Source: Candidatus Nanopelagicaceae bacterium (GTDB taxonomy: Bacteria; Actinomycetota; Actinomycetes; Nanopelagicales; Nanopelagicaceae). From it: a stretch of 64,000 bases of DNA. Made by a program: the position numbers and the translations under genes. The stretch lies in contig VFFD01000001.1 in NCBI GenBank assembly GCA_018882745.1, positions 5,060 through 69,059 of the forward strand, written 5' to 3'. Every line of letters begins with the position of its first letter. Within the stretch, counting starts at the first letter, position 1. This document shows positions 10,484 through 19,144 of the stretch, piece after piece. The notes below the pieces were generated by a model that saw only the letters and a list, made by a program, of their open reading frames with translations, was not told the origin of the DNA and did no database searches.

Positions 10484-11686
10484 CTAACTGAGAGCCCTGT
10501 GTCGTCGCGTCTCAATCTCTGACTCCAACTGCTTTATCAATACGGGCGATATCCCCCATTGTTTAATGAGTGAATCCAACTCTTCAAAGTCTCTCTTCTG
10601 CGCGGGTGCGCCGGTCAAGACCGCACGAATCATTAGATTTCTTGGTGTGTGCTCACCTGCAATAAATTCCATCACTTCTGTTCGATAACCAAGAATTCGT
10701 AATACTTGTGCGCGAATCGCATCTGTCAAAATATCTCCAACTCGCTCTTTCAATATTCCATGTCTTGTCACAAGACCAAAAGGGTGTGGAATATCTGACA
10801 GCTGTCGTTGAATGTCATGATGACAGCATGGCGCAAGTAGAACAATCCTAGATTTACTCTTAACTGCCCATGCCAGGGCATCATCGGAGGCAGTGTCACA
10901 CGCATGCAGCGCAATAGTTATATCTGCTTGTTGTTTTGGGAAAGCAGAAATTTCAGCAGCTACAAAAGAGATTGCACCTGAATATCCAGAGCGCTGTGCT
11001 ATCTCGGTATTTTTTGCTCGGCTGTCGTCTCGAGTATCTACTCCAGTTGTTGTGACGTCGAATCCACGATTCTTGAGATATTGATGGGCTGCAAAAGTTA
11101 GATATGCACTTCCACATCCTAGGTCGACCATTGCAATCTTTTTTTCGCTCTTTAACTCTTCGCTGAGTACGTGGTCAATGCTCTTGAGAAACTCGTTGAC
11201 CTGCAGGAACTTATCCGTTCGAGAGGGCTTGAGTTTCCCGGACTTATCTGAAATTCCTAACTCTTTGAATATTGCTTCGTTTTCGCCGAGGAGTCGATGC
11301 TTTCTTCGATCATGGGAAAGATTGGACGCGCTCGACTTTGAATTGCTAGCAGTTTGGACGCTGACTTGTGCTGCCCCGGACTTTGTAATGCGGATAGATA
11401 GTTCTACTTCGTGATTCTCCACCACAATATTCCCAAATCCGCTCCTCACAAGATCAACTAGCAGAAATTGATCTGGTAGGTAGTTTTTTGTGAAATCTTG
11501 CTTTCCATCATGACTCACGACTTGAAGGTAGATCACCCCCTTGAGTTCGACTGGTCGGATATCAATACGTTTATATGGCGGAACGAGGGTGCGCTGTCTA
11601 CCTGATAGAACGATTCGGCGAATCAGCGCTGGATCTTTAATGATGACGGCAGCACGCGCTAGAGCATCATCGAGGTTTTCAATCAC
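10484..11686 (-). CDS. class I SAM-dependent methyltransferase with an uncharacterised N-terminal domain
   Basis: 400 aa. SAM motif VDLGCGSAYLT, plus LHACDTASD and APCCHHD motifs. The N-terminal ~170 aa are of unknown function. Confidence 0.6.
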   Translation of the reverse strand: MIENLDDALARAAVIIKDPALIRRIVLSGRQRTLVPPYKRIDIRPVELKGVIYLQVVSHDGKQDFTKNYLPDQFLLVDLVRSGFGNIVVENHEVELSIRITKSGAAQVSVQTASNSKSSASNLSHDRRKHRLLGENEAIFKELGISDKSGKLKPSRTDKFLQVNEFLKSIDHVLSEELKSEKKIAMVDLGCGSAYLTFAAHQYLKNRGFDVTTTGVDTRDDSRAKNTEIAQRSGYSGAISFVAAEISAFPKQQADITIALHACDTASDDALAWAVKSKSRIVLLAPCCHHDIQRQLSDIPHPFGLVTRHGILKERVGDILTDAIRAQVLRILGYRTEVMEFIAGEHTPRNLMIRAVLTGAPAQKRDFEELDSLIKQWGISPVLIKQLESEIETRRHRALS

Positions 11687-11764
11687 GCTTTCGCCTCCAT
11701 TAATACTTACTGCCGCCGTTTCTTCATGCCGCCGTACATGCGTTCCCTCGGTTAGTCTACGGGC

Positions 11765-12292
11765 GTGAGAAATACTCGCCCTTTATTCTGGATCTTTGTT
11801 CCTATTTTGCTGGCGCTATCAATTGGCGCGGCCTGGGGAACTGTTCACTTTGGTCCTATTGGTAAACCTTCTCAAGCTGCTGTTGAATGCTCAAATCTCC
11901 AGAAGTTTGTGGCGAATGAAGAATTAGAAGGAAAAGCTGAATGGGTTGAATATCGCTCACTTGTTGACCAGTTCTTGGCGCTCTCGCCAACTTCTGATGC
12001 TCGCATACCATTGATTGAGGAGATGGCAAGCAAAGTTATTGGAGTTCTCGGACATGATCTCTTGATTTACAAGGAGATGGAGAAATTCACTGGCTGCCTT
12101 CTCCAAAGTAAACGGAGTGAAATCCCAGGTCTTATTGAAGAGACTGAATCAGCGATCGCATTTCTCAATGGAAGTACTCCTCTCAATGGCAATTTTTTTG
12201 ACCCGGAACTTGGAACTTGGAATACCGCCTACTATGAGGAGTACTTAAGCGCTCAAGATTTCCTTAAGGATTCGAGAAGAAACGCAGTTTGA
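11765..12292 (+). CDS. hypothetical membrane-anchored or secreted protein
   Basis: 175 aa with GTG start. N-terminal hydrophobic segment LFWIFVPILLALSIGAAWG. No family recognised. Confidence 0.4.
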   Translation: MRNTRPLFWIFVPILLALSIGAAWGTVHFGPIGKPSQAAVECSNLQKFVANEELEGKAEWVEYRSLVDQFLALSPTSDARIPLIEEMASKVIGVLGHDLLIYKEMEKFTGCLLQSKRSEIPGLIEETESAIAFLNGSTPLNGNFFDPELGTWNTAYYEEYLSAQDFLKDSRRNAV

Positions 12293-12332
12293 TCTTCCAA
12301 TCTGGGACATTTAATTTGAAGAGTGCCCGCTA

Positions 12333-12713
12333 TTAGAGCGGTAAGAAGACAAGCACTACGGTGATCATTAAAGCCAGGGCTGCAGATTGAAAGAGAATTG
12401 AAAGCGCCGTCTTGCGGTCAGCTCTGCGGTCTTCCGGACTTTGCACTCGAGACATATCACCAAGCTTGCCAAGATTAAAAGTTCCCATAAGGCCATATGC
12501 CAAGCAGAATTTCTTCCGCGATTGAATGAAACCAATTGCAAACACCATCAAAGGAATGAAGAGTCCCCAACGCGCATTGGCTGGAGCATCACTGCCGATT
12601 AATCCCACAAGTGTTGAGACTGTCAGTAGAAGGCCAAGAAGGGCGACGAATTGTCTGCGGCGAATTTCTGCTTTACCTAAGTTACAGGTTCCGGGAATAT
12701 AGGAGAACGTCAT
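12333..12713 (-). CDS. hypothetical small membrane protein
   Basis: 126 aa with about three hydrophobic helices. CNLGKAEIRRR and FCLAYGL motifs weakly resemble YgaP/DUF2892-type membrane domains. Confidence 0.45.
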   Translation of the reverse strand: MTFSYIPGTCNLGKAEIRRRQFVALLGLLLTVSTLVGLIGSDAPANARWGLFIPLMVFAIGFIQSRKKFCLAYGLMGTFNLGKLGDMSRVQSPEDRRADRKTALSILFQSAALALMITVVLVFLPL

Positions 12714-12862
12714 TAGAACGCTTCTTCTAGCTCTTCGTCTTCAGCCCATACAGAACTGTTTTCTTCCTGTTTTTCTACCCATGAGAGAAACGAGAGAGCG
12801 CCTTTGAGGGCAACCACAAGCAGAGTTACTACTGCAGCAATCCGGCGAATTCCTTTGATCAT
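12713..12862 (-). CDS. 49-aa small membrane protein (below the ORF-track length cutoff)
   Basis: My translation is MIKGIRRIAAVVTLLVVALKGALSFLSWVEKQEENSSVWAEDEELEEAF. It has one hydrophobic helix and an acidic tail. Its TAA overlaps the ATG of the downstream 126-aa gene (TAATG). No obvious SD. Confidence 0.35.
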   Translation of the reverse strand: MIKGIRRIAAVVTLLVVALKGALSFLSWVEKQEENSSVWAEDEELEEAF

Positions 12863-12880
12863 GCGATAAGAGTAGTCGAG

Positions 12881-14440
12881 TTATTTCAATGTTTCCAACG
12901 CAGTGAGTGCTGCCTTGGCTGCATTGTGTCCAGGGATACCACTAACGCCGCCACCTCGCACCGCTCCTGATCCCGCGATAAAGATTCGAGGTGAGGGAGT
13001 TTCAACGCCCCACACTCGTTGATCATCATCAGATTTCCACGGAAATTGCAGATCGCCATGGAAAATATTGCCTCTCGGCAGACCTAAACTCATTTCCAGT
13101 TCTTGAGGCGTCTTTACTTCTATACAAGGTTTCCCGTGTGCATCCATAGCTAGATAGCTCTCTATTGGTTTCACAAGATAATCATTAAGTCCGGCCAGAG
13201 TCCGCTTAGTGACTTCTTCCTTCACTGCATCATGGTCTTGATCAAAGAGCGCAGCAGGAGTGTGGAGTGCAAAAAGTGTAAGGGTATGAAAACCCTTCGC
13301 AGCTAATTCAGGTGAGAGTATTGATGCATCAGTCAAAGTATGGCAATACATCTCAGCAGGAATCTCTGTTGGAATCTTGCCACGAGACGCCGCTTCAAAA
13401 GCGCTCTCGAGTTGAAAGTAACTCTCATTAATGTGAAAAGTTCCAGCAAAAGCTTTTCGGGGATCATCACCACTCTTGAGTTGCGGTAACTCTCTTAAGA
13501 CCATATTTATCTTCAGTTGTGAACCATCACGTAATCCGGGCGCTTTGATTCCTGAAATTTTCTCCAAGACTTGTGGGGAGCAATTCGCTAGTGCAACTTT
13601 TGCTCTGACCTCAACTCTAGTTTGGGAGTGGGCTGATTTCCCTGAGATACAAACCCCATCGTTCTCCTCAACAAGCTCTTCGGCTTCAATTCCAGTCTTG
13701 ATGTCAACGCCTAATTCCTGGCAGCGACGGTGCAACTCATCAACAAGAGTCCCCATTCCACCTTCTGGGACTTTCCACTCCCCCGTTCCATTTCCTATGA
13801 GATGGTAAATAAAGCAGATATTTGCTGCGTGATCGTTGGCGCTGGTAAAGGTTCCGATGAGCCCATCTGTCAAGACCACGCCTTTTATCAAGTCATCGAA
13901 GAAATTATCATGAAGAGTTTCAGCTAATGTATTTTCGACCAACTCAACCCACGTTAACGGATCAACAAGTTCTCGAATTTCAGATTCTGTCGGCAATGGA
14001 CTCAACATTGTTGGCGCAACTACGCGGGCAAACTCTAAAACGGATTCATAAAAGTTCTTCCAAGCAATACTCTCATCATCGCTACCAGTAAGAGTTCGCA
14101 AAGATGAGAGCGTCTCTTCATCAAGACTACGATTAATCAGAACTCCTTTATCGCCATCATCATCGAAGTAGGGTGTATATGATGAGACGGTTCTGCTCAA
14201 TGTTTTAAAGTTCAAAGACAAATCTTGGATAATCTGATCTGGCAGTAACGCAACTAGATATGAGTATCGTGATAGGCGAGCTGGAACACCATCAAAAGCT
14301 TGCACACTCGTAGTGGCGCCACCAATCACTTCGTTTTTCTCCAGAATCAAAACTTTCTTTCCTGCCAAAGCTAGATAGCACGCTGCAACTAGTCCGTTAT
14401 GCCCACTGCCGATAATGACTGCATCGTAAGAGATTGCCAT
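12881..14440 (-). CDS. FAD-dependent oxidoreductase, phytoene desaturase (CrtI) family
   Basis: 519 aa. N-terminal dinucleotide-binding motif VIIGSGHNGLVAACYLALAGKKVLILEK..IGG. Confidence 0.7.
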   Translation of the reverse strand: MAISYDAVIIGSGHNGLVAACYLALAGKKVLILEKNEVIGGATTSVQAFDGVPARLSRYSYLVALLPDQIIQDLSLNFKTLSRTVSSYTPYFDDDGDKGVLINRSLDEETLSSLRTLTGSDDESIAWKNFYESVLEFARVVAPTMLSPLPTESEIRELVDPLTWVELVENTLAETLHDNFFDDLIKGVVLTDGLIGTFTSANDHAANICFIYHLIGNGTGEWKVPEGGMGTLVDELHRRCQELGVDIKTGIEAEELVEENDGVCISGKSAHSQTRVEVRAKVALANCSPQVLEKISGIKAPGLRDGSQLKINMVLRELPQLKSGDDPRKAFAGTFHINESYFQLESAFEAASRGKIPTEIPAEMYCHTLTDASILSPELAAKGFHTLTLFALHTPAALFDQDHDAVKEEVTKRTLAGLNDYLVKPIESYLAMDAHGKPCIEVKTPQELEMSLGLPRGNIFHGDLQFPWKSDDDQRVWGVETPSPRIFIAGSGAVRGGGVSGIPGHNAAKAALTALETLK

Positions 14441-14457
14441 AGTTAACTCGTTTCGAG

Positions 14458-15603
14458 CTATAAACTTTTCATGATTCGGTCGAAAGCTTCGGTAATAATC
14501 TCAGGACTTGTTCCAAAATTCATTCGAACATACTGAGCATTACGTGGGCCGTACATATGTCCGCCATTGAGCGCCAGTTTTCCGCGCTCCAATATCGTCT
14601 TTGCTGGGTCATCACCTAATTGGAGGGCTGAGAGATCTAGCCATGCCAAATAGCCAAAGTCGGGTGCGCGATACTTGATGGCAGGAATCTTGGTGTCAAT
14701 CAGATTTCTAATGAGCTCACGATTCTGATTAAGTGTAGATACAACACCATCAAGCCAGGAATCTGAATCCCGAAATGCTGCAGTAGCAGCCACTGCTCCG
14801 AAGAGAGAGGCGCGAAATGCTACAGAAATTGGCATCGAATTGATTTTTTCCCTTATTGCAGCAGAGCTGGTGACAATAACGGCACACTTCAGGCCAGCTA
14901 GGTTAAAGCCTTTGCTTGCACTTGTGACAGTCACACCTACATCTTTTGCATCGTCACTGACCGCTAGGAATGGAGTGAAGTCGCGCCTCTCAAATACCAA
15001 CGGTCCATGAATCTCATCGCTAATGATGTGTACGCCATAACGTTTGGCTAGTGAGGCAAGCTGGCTCAATGAATCACTTGTAAAAATTGCTCCGACTGGA
15101 TTATGAGGATGACAGAGAATATGGACTTTTACTCCATCTCTATATTCTCTTTCGATGTTGTTGAGATCTAACGAATACTCTCCATTCTCGTTAGTCAGTG
15201 GCACATCAACCAAAGTGGCCTCAACTTCTGCAACCCAGCGCCACATGTTGTCGTATACCGGAGAATTCAGCATCACTTTTTCGCCTCGACCGATAAGAGT
15301 GCGTAATACTTCAACGGTTCCAACGCCAACATCTGTTGCAATACGCATATGTGACACATCAACGCTCCACTTCCATCGCAACTGCGAGAAATGAGCAAAT
15401 GCTTCGAACATTTCTGGAAAAGGACCGAGATAACCAGTGTCTGATCGATCGACCATATCGTGAAGTGCGCTCTTGATTGGCTCTGCAATCGGAAAGTCCA
15501 TTTCGGCGACTGGAAGCGGTAAAACATCGCTAGGAAATTGGCGCCATTTGACGCTCTTTCTTTTTCTCAATTCGTGCAGAGGTAGAGCGTGAACCTCAGT
15601 CAT
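14458..15603 (-). CDS. MalY/PatB-type PLP-dependent cystathionine beta-lyase (class I/II aminotransferase fold)
   Basis: 381 aa. N-terminal KWRQFP..LPLPVAEMDF pattern and SASKGFNLAG PLP-lysine motif. Confidence 0.75.
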   Translation of the reverse strand: MTEVHALPLHELRKRKSVKWRQFPSDVLPLPVAEMDFPIAEPIKSALHDMVDRSDTGYLGPFPEMFEAFAHFSQLRWKWSVDVSHMRIATDVGVGTVEVLRTLIGRGEKVMLNSPVYDNMWRWVAEVEATLVDVPLTNENGEYSLDLNNIEREYRDGVKVHILCHPHNPVGAIFTSDSLSQLASLAKRYGVHIISDEIHGPLVFERRDFTPFLAVSDDAKDVGVTVTSASKGFNLAGLKCAVIVTSSAAIREKINSMPISVAFRASLFGAVAATAAFRDSDSWLDGVVSTLNQNRELIRNLIDTKIPAIKYRAPDFGYLAWLDLSALQLGDDPAKTILERGKLALNGGHMYGPRNAQYVRMNFGTSPEIITEAFDRIMKSL

Positions 15604-15714
15604 GACGAGCAGTATGCCATCACAAACCTTGAATCTGAAGAGTGTTGTGAAACGCTAACCCTTAACAGATCCCGCCAAGATTTTTGAACTGGCGTGAGCC
15701 AAGTGAAGATTCGA

Positions 15715-16731
15715 TTATTGAAGGCGCTTTGTCGAATCACGCACAACAAGCGTCGTTGGAAGAGTGAGTGAATGCGACTCACTCTTGGGCGCTTTGAGTC
15801 TTTCCATGATTGACCATGCGGCCATCTCGCCCATCAATTGCACAGGCTGTTCAATTGTTGTGAGATCCGAGAACTCTGCCATCTCATGCCCATCAAAACC
15901 GATAATAGAAATATCATCCGGAACTTTTAGTCCATTTCGGCGAATTGCCTGGAGCGCACCTAGAGCCATTTCATCGGATTGAGCAAAGATTGCAGTAGGT
16001 CGATCAGGCCGAGCAAGGAGATCATCCATCGCGCGACTTGCGCCATACATTGTGAAATCTCCATAAACTTCTCGCGACGGTTTCCATTCCAAGCCGCTTT
16101 CTGCGAGAACTTGCATAAAACCATTACGACGATCTTGAGGCACGCTAAAACCAAATGGATCATCAGGTCGACCAGATAGCAAACCAATTTTTTTATGTCC
16201 TAAGTTCACAAGATGCTGCGTTGCTGTGCGTGCACCCGCAACGTCATCAATCGCAACACTCGAACATTGCGCATGATGCATTCCCACTAGCGCAATGGGA
16301 ATTCCAAGTCCAAGCATCGATTCAAATTCCTCTTCAGTTGGAGGAAGGCTGATAACAACAAGTGCGTCAACGCGACCCTTCAGGAGTTGGTGTTGAAAAA
16401 GACGTTCTCGACCCTTCATCTGCGAGAAGTTATAGAGAAGTAGATCTAGGCCTGCTTCACGGAGCGCTTGTTCTGCTCCATTGATGACTTGCGCGAAGTA
16501 CCAACGAGAAATGTAGGGCGCAACTACTCCAACCGAATTCGTTCTTCCATAGAGCGCTTTGGCGGAAGTTTGAGGAATTGGATAATTGAGTTTCTCAGCA
16601 GCATCGAGAATCTTCTTTCGAGTCTCTGGATTAACGTGATGAAGTCCGCGGAGCGCACGCGAAACTGTTGCAATGGAGACGCCAGCTTCCGTGGCAACCT
16701 CTTTGATTCCAACTTTGCTCCCAGCGTTCAT
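15715..16731 (-). CDS. LacI family transcriptional regulator
   Basis: 338 aa. HTH IKEVATEAGVSIATVSRAL plus a sugar-binding-fold domain. Confidence 0.85.
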   Translation of the reverse strand: MNAGSKVGIKEVATEAGVSIATVSRALRGLHHVNPETRKKILDAAEKLNYPIPQTSAKALYGRTNSVGVVAPYISRWYFAQVINGAEQALREAGLDLLLYNFSQMKGRERLFQHQLLKGRVDALVVISLPPTEEEFESMLGLGIPIALVGMHHAQCSSVAIDDVAGARTATQHLVNLGHKKIGLLSGRPDDPFGFSVPQDRRNGFMQVLAESGLEWKPSREVYGDFTMYGASRAMDDLLARPDRPTAIFAQSDEMALGALQAIRRNGLKVPDDISIIGFDGHEMAEFSDLTTIEQPVQLMGEMAAWSIMERLKAPKSESHSLTLPTTLVVRDSTKRLQ

Positions 16732-16858
16732 GTATCGCTATAACCCCGATTCTGGAAATGGCCCAGTTGCTGATGTAAAAACCTGTAAGCGGCTAAAAAT
16801 AGACTGCAAATCCGAAAATGGCTAGGTGTTTTTTGCTGCTAACGTCCCTTCTGTGGTG

Positions 16859-17485
16859 ATGACCCTCGCAGAATCGAAATCTGCTGCTCGAGAGATCATC
16901 CAGATCAATCCTCGTTTCCAAACTGTTATAGAGCGCGCTGGATTTTGCCGGATCGGCATGGCGCGTCCGACACATCAGCGCGAGAGTAACTTCGCCTCAC
17001 TTGCTTCATCCATCATCTCTCAACAACTCTCTACAAAAGCAGCGGCAACGATTATTCGCCGCGTGGAGGAGTTATCTGGCGGCACCCTGCAAGCTAAGAA
17101 GTTGGCGCTGCTTCCAGCCTCGACGCTGAGAAAAGCTGGATGCTCGGAGGCCAAAACTCGTGCACTTCGTCAATTAGCTCTTGCTACGGTTAATCGTGAA
17201 ATTCCCATGCAATCTCTTCATCGCTTGGATGATGAAGAGATCATGTCGCACTTACTACCCCAATTCGGTATTGGTAAGTGGACCGTTGAAATGTTCTTGA
17301 TGTTCCAATTGGGACGACAGGATGTCTGGCCTGTAGGAGATCTTGGTGTGCGGCGCGGTTGGGAGAAAGTTCATCGCATGCGAAATGAGATTGAACCAAA
17401 GACTTTACATAAGCTGGGAGCGGTTTATTCGCCTTATCGGAGCCATCTAGCTTGGTACTGCTGGAGAGCGCTGGAAGTTTTGTAA
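16859..17485 (+). CDS. DNA-3-methyladenine glycosylase II-like HhH-GPD protein
   Basis: HhH motif GIGKWTVEMFLMF and catalytic Asp region VWPVGDLGVRRG. Start is uncertain: ATG 16859 is used here, and GTG 16826 is the tracked alternative. Confidence 0.7.
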   Translation: MTLAESKSAAREIIQINPRFQTVIERAGFCRIGMARPTHQRESNFASLASSIISQQLSTKAAATIIRRVEELSGGTLQAKKLALLPASTLRKAGCSEAKTRALRQLALATVNREIPMQSLHRLDDEEIMSHLLPQFGIGKWTVEMFLMFQLGRQDVWPVGDLGVRRGWEKVHRMRNEIEPKTLHKLGAVYSPYRSHLAWYCWRALEVL

Positions 17486-17526
17486 GACAACTGCTTCACG
17501 ACCTGCATCAGAATTGATGAAGCGAA

Positions 17527-17982
17527 CTATGTGTGCTTCGGTTCTAGAACTAGCGCAACAGAATTGATGCACCACCGTTGATCCGTAGGTACGGCATATC
17601 CCTCGCCTTCAAAGACATGACCTAAGTGGGAGCCGCAGGATGCACATCTCACTTCAGTTCTAATGCGTGGAGCTAAAGAGCGATCCTCAAGGAGAATCAC
17701 AGCATCGGCTTCTGTTGGCGCATAGAAAGAAGGCCAACCACAGCCAGAATGAAATTTAGCCTCGCTTCGAAACAACTCCGCATTGCACGCTTTACATTTG
17801 TAAACTCCAATTGTCTCTGCTTCATAGTACTTTCCGGTGAAGGCAACTTCAGTGCCAGCTTTTCGAAGTACATCAAAGGAGAGTGGATCGAGTTCCTCTT
17901 TCAACTTTTGGTCATCAACTTGAACGGGAAAAGGTTTTCCTGTTCGAGGATTAATTTTTGGTAGCTCAGCACCTGATTGCAT
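17527..17982 (-). CDS. msrB: peptide-methionine (R)-S-oxide reductase
   Basis: 151 aa. Zinc CxxC pairs (CKACNAELF, CASCGSHLGHVF) and GCGWPSF active site. Confidence 0.9.
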   Translation of the reverse strand: MQSGAELPKINPRTGKPFPVQVDDQKLKEELDPLSFDVLRKAGTEVAFTGKYYEAETIGVYKCKACNAELFRSEAKFHSGCGWPSFYAPTEADAVILLEDRSLAPRIRTEVRCASCGSHLGHVFEGEGYAVPTDQRWCINSVALVLEPKHT

Positions 17983-17995
17983 ATATCGACTCTCT

Positions 17996-18514
17996 CTACT
18001 TCATCACGGGGAAGGCAACCCCCGTCGTGGAATGACAGTCGTATCCGTCAGGATTCTTCTCGAGATACTTCTGGTGATACTCCTCGGCAAGCCAGTAAGT
18101 GTGCGGCGAAGCATCGTTAATCTCAGTGACTATTTCACCATAGCCATTCTTTAGCAAAACATCATTGTAAAGTTCCCTGGTATTTACAGCAGCAATCATC
18201 TGTTCTTGATTCGTTGTAAAAATGGCGCTGCGATATTGAGTTCCGACATCGCCACCTTGCTTATTCAATGATGTGGGATCGTGCATTATCCAGAATTCTT
18301 CGAGCAATCTTTGGTAAGAAATCTTGGTGGGATCAAAAACAACTTCAACGGTCTCTGCATGATTGGTACGCCCTGTGCACACTTCTTTATAAGTAGGTTC
18401 AGAAGTTGTACCACCCATATAACCGACTGAAGTCGATACAACTCCTGGTAACTTCCAAAATCGCCTCTCGGCTCCCCAGAAGCAGCCGGTAGCAAAGAAT
18501 GCGCGTTGATTCAC
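17996..18514 (-). CDS. msrA: peptide-methionine (S)-S-oxide reductase
   Basis: GCFWG active site. The tracked 196-aa ORF runs across the tRNA-Arg gene, so I trimmed it to the GTG at 18514 (N-terminus MNQRAFFATGCFWG). Confidence 0.85.
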   Translation of the reverse strand: MNQRAFFATGCFWGAERRFWKLPGVVSTSVGYMGGTTSEPTYKEVCTGRTNHAETVEVVFDPTKISYQRLLEEFWIMHDPTSLNKQGGDVGTQYRSAIFTTNQEQMIAAVNTRELYNDVLLKNGYGEIVTEINDASPHTYWLAEEYHQKYLEKNPDGYDCHSTTGVAFPVMK

Positions 18515-18559
18515 CAGCGCATCTTGGCATGAACATTCACTGATAATCTTGCCGAAAGC

Positions 18560-18634
18560 GCCCCCGTAGCTCAGGGGATAGAGCACCGCCCTCCGGAGGC
18601 GGGTGCACAGGTTCGAATCCTGTCGGGGGCACCA
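18560..18634 (+). tRNA. tRNA-Arg (anticodon CCG), CCA encoded
   Basis: Folded by hand. Acceptor GCCCCCG/CGGGGGC; D arm GCTC-AGGGGATA-GAGC; anticodon arm CCGCC-CTCCGGA-GGCGG; T arm ACAGG-TTCGAAT-CCTGT; discriminator A plus CCA. Confidence 0.9.
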
Positions 18635-18816
18635 GAAATCTTCACGCCGCTTTAAATGGTGTAATTCACCTCATTTTCAATAATTTTCATCAAATTACCG
18701 TCACAAACTCTTGAGTAAAGAACTCTCACACGGGAGAATTAGCCACGTAATCACGCCTATTCGGGCAACAAGCTCCACCACAGAAGCCTGCGCTTATTGG
18801 TGAGCGCCTGAAAGCA

Positions 18817-18855
18817 AGAAGATCTATCGAGAAGATCTATCAAGAAGATCTATGA
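18817..18855 (+). repeat. three tandem 13-bp repeats immediately upstream of the whiB1 RBS
   Basis: AGAAGATCTATCG (18817-18829), AGAAGATCTATCA (18830-18842), AGAAGATCTATGA (18843-18855). The last copy runs into the GAGGAG SD at 18854-18859. Confidence 0.9.
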
Positions 18856-18867
18856 GGAGAGAAAGCA

Positions 18868-19143
18868 ATGACTATGGATTGGCGCCATCGTGCAGCATGT
18901 CGTGATGTCGATCCAGAATTGTTTTTTCCGGTAGGAAATACTGGTCCTGCTATTGCGCAGATCGAAGAGGCTAAGAAAGTTTGTGTACGTTGTGAGGTGC
19001 GTGAACCTTGTTTGCAGTGGGCCCTCGAGAGCGGTCAAGATTCAGGTGTGTGGGGTGGACTCTCCGAAGATGAACGTCGTGCGATGAAGCGTCGAGCCGC
19101 TCGAAATCGAGCACGTCTGATGGAAAATCAACTTCCCGAATAA
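18868..19143 (+). CDS. whiB1: WhiB-family [4Fe-4S] transcription factor, WhiB1/WblE type
   Basis: MDWRHRAACRDVDPELFFPVGNTGPA..CVRCEVREPCLQWAL..DSGVWGGLSEDERR closely resembles mycobacterial WhiB1. GAGGAG SD lies 8 nt upstream of ATG 18868, and a second ATG is at 18874. Confidence 0.9.
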   Translation: MTMDWRHRAACRDVDPELFFPVGNTGPAIAQIEEAKKVCVRCEVREPCLQWALESGQDSGVWGGLSEDERRAMKRRAARNRARLMENQLPE

Positions 19144-19144
19144 T

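Noticed and set aside
12190-12200. T7 homopolymer inside the 175-aa hypothetical gene, considered as a slipped-strand phase-variation site.
   Set aside because: It is a single short tract encoding Phe-Phe. Similar runs occur in housekeeping genes here, and nothing else suggests contingency behaviour.
15646-15659. LacI-type operator candidates TGTGAAACGCTAAC (15646-15659) and TGTAAGCGGCTAAA (16784-16797) flanking the LacI gene.
   Set aside because: The two share 9 of 14 positions and each has a good left half-site (TGTnAA..CG). Both are poor palindromes, with only 1-4 of 7 complementary pairs. The evidence is too weak without comparative data.
18515-18586. N-terminal extension of the msrA ORF (MLYPLSYGGAFGK...).
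   Set aside because: It is the antisense translation of the tRNA-Arg gene (18560-18634). The GTG at 18514 gives a normal MsrA N-terminus just before GCFWG.
18635-18816. CRP/Cmr-type sites (TGTGA-N6-TCACA) upstream of whiB1, as known in mycobacteria. Nearby candidates were GGTGTAATTCACC and GAGT-N5-ACTC.
   Set aside because: No 16-bp site matches both half-sites. The partial palindromes are short and could occur by chance.
18560-18867. tRNA-Arg as a possible integration hotspot or island boundary.
   Set aside because: No integrase, direct repeat of the tRNA 3' end or foreign-looking genes follow it. The neighbours (msrA and whiB1) are core genes.
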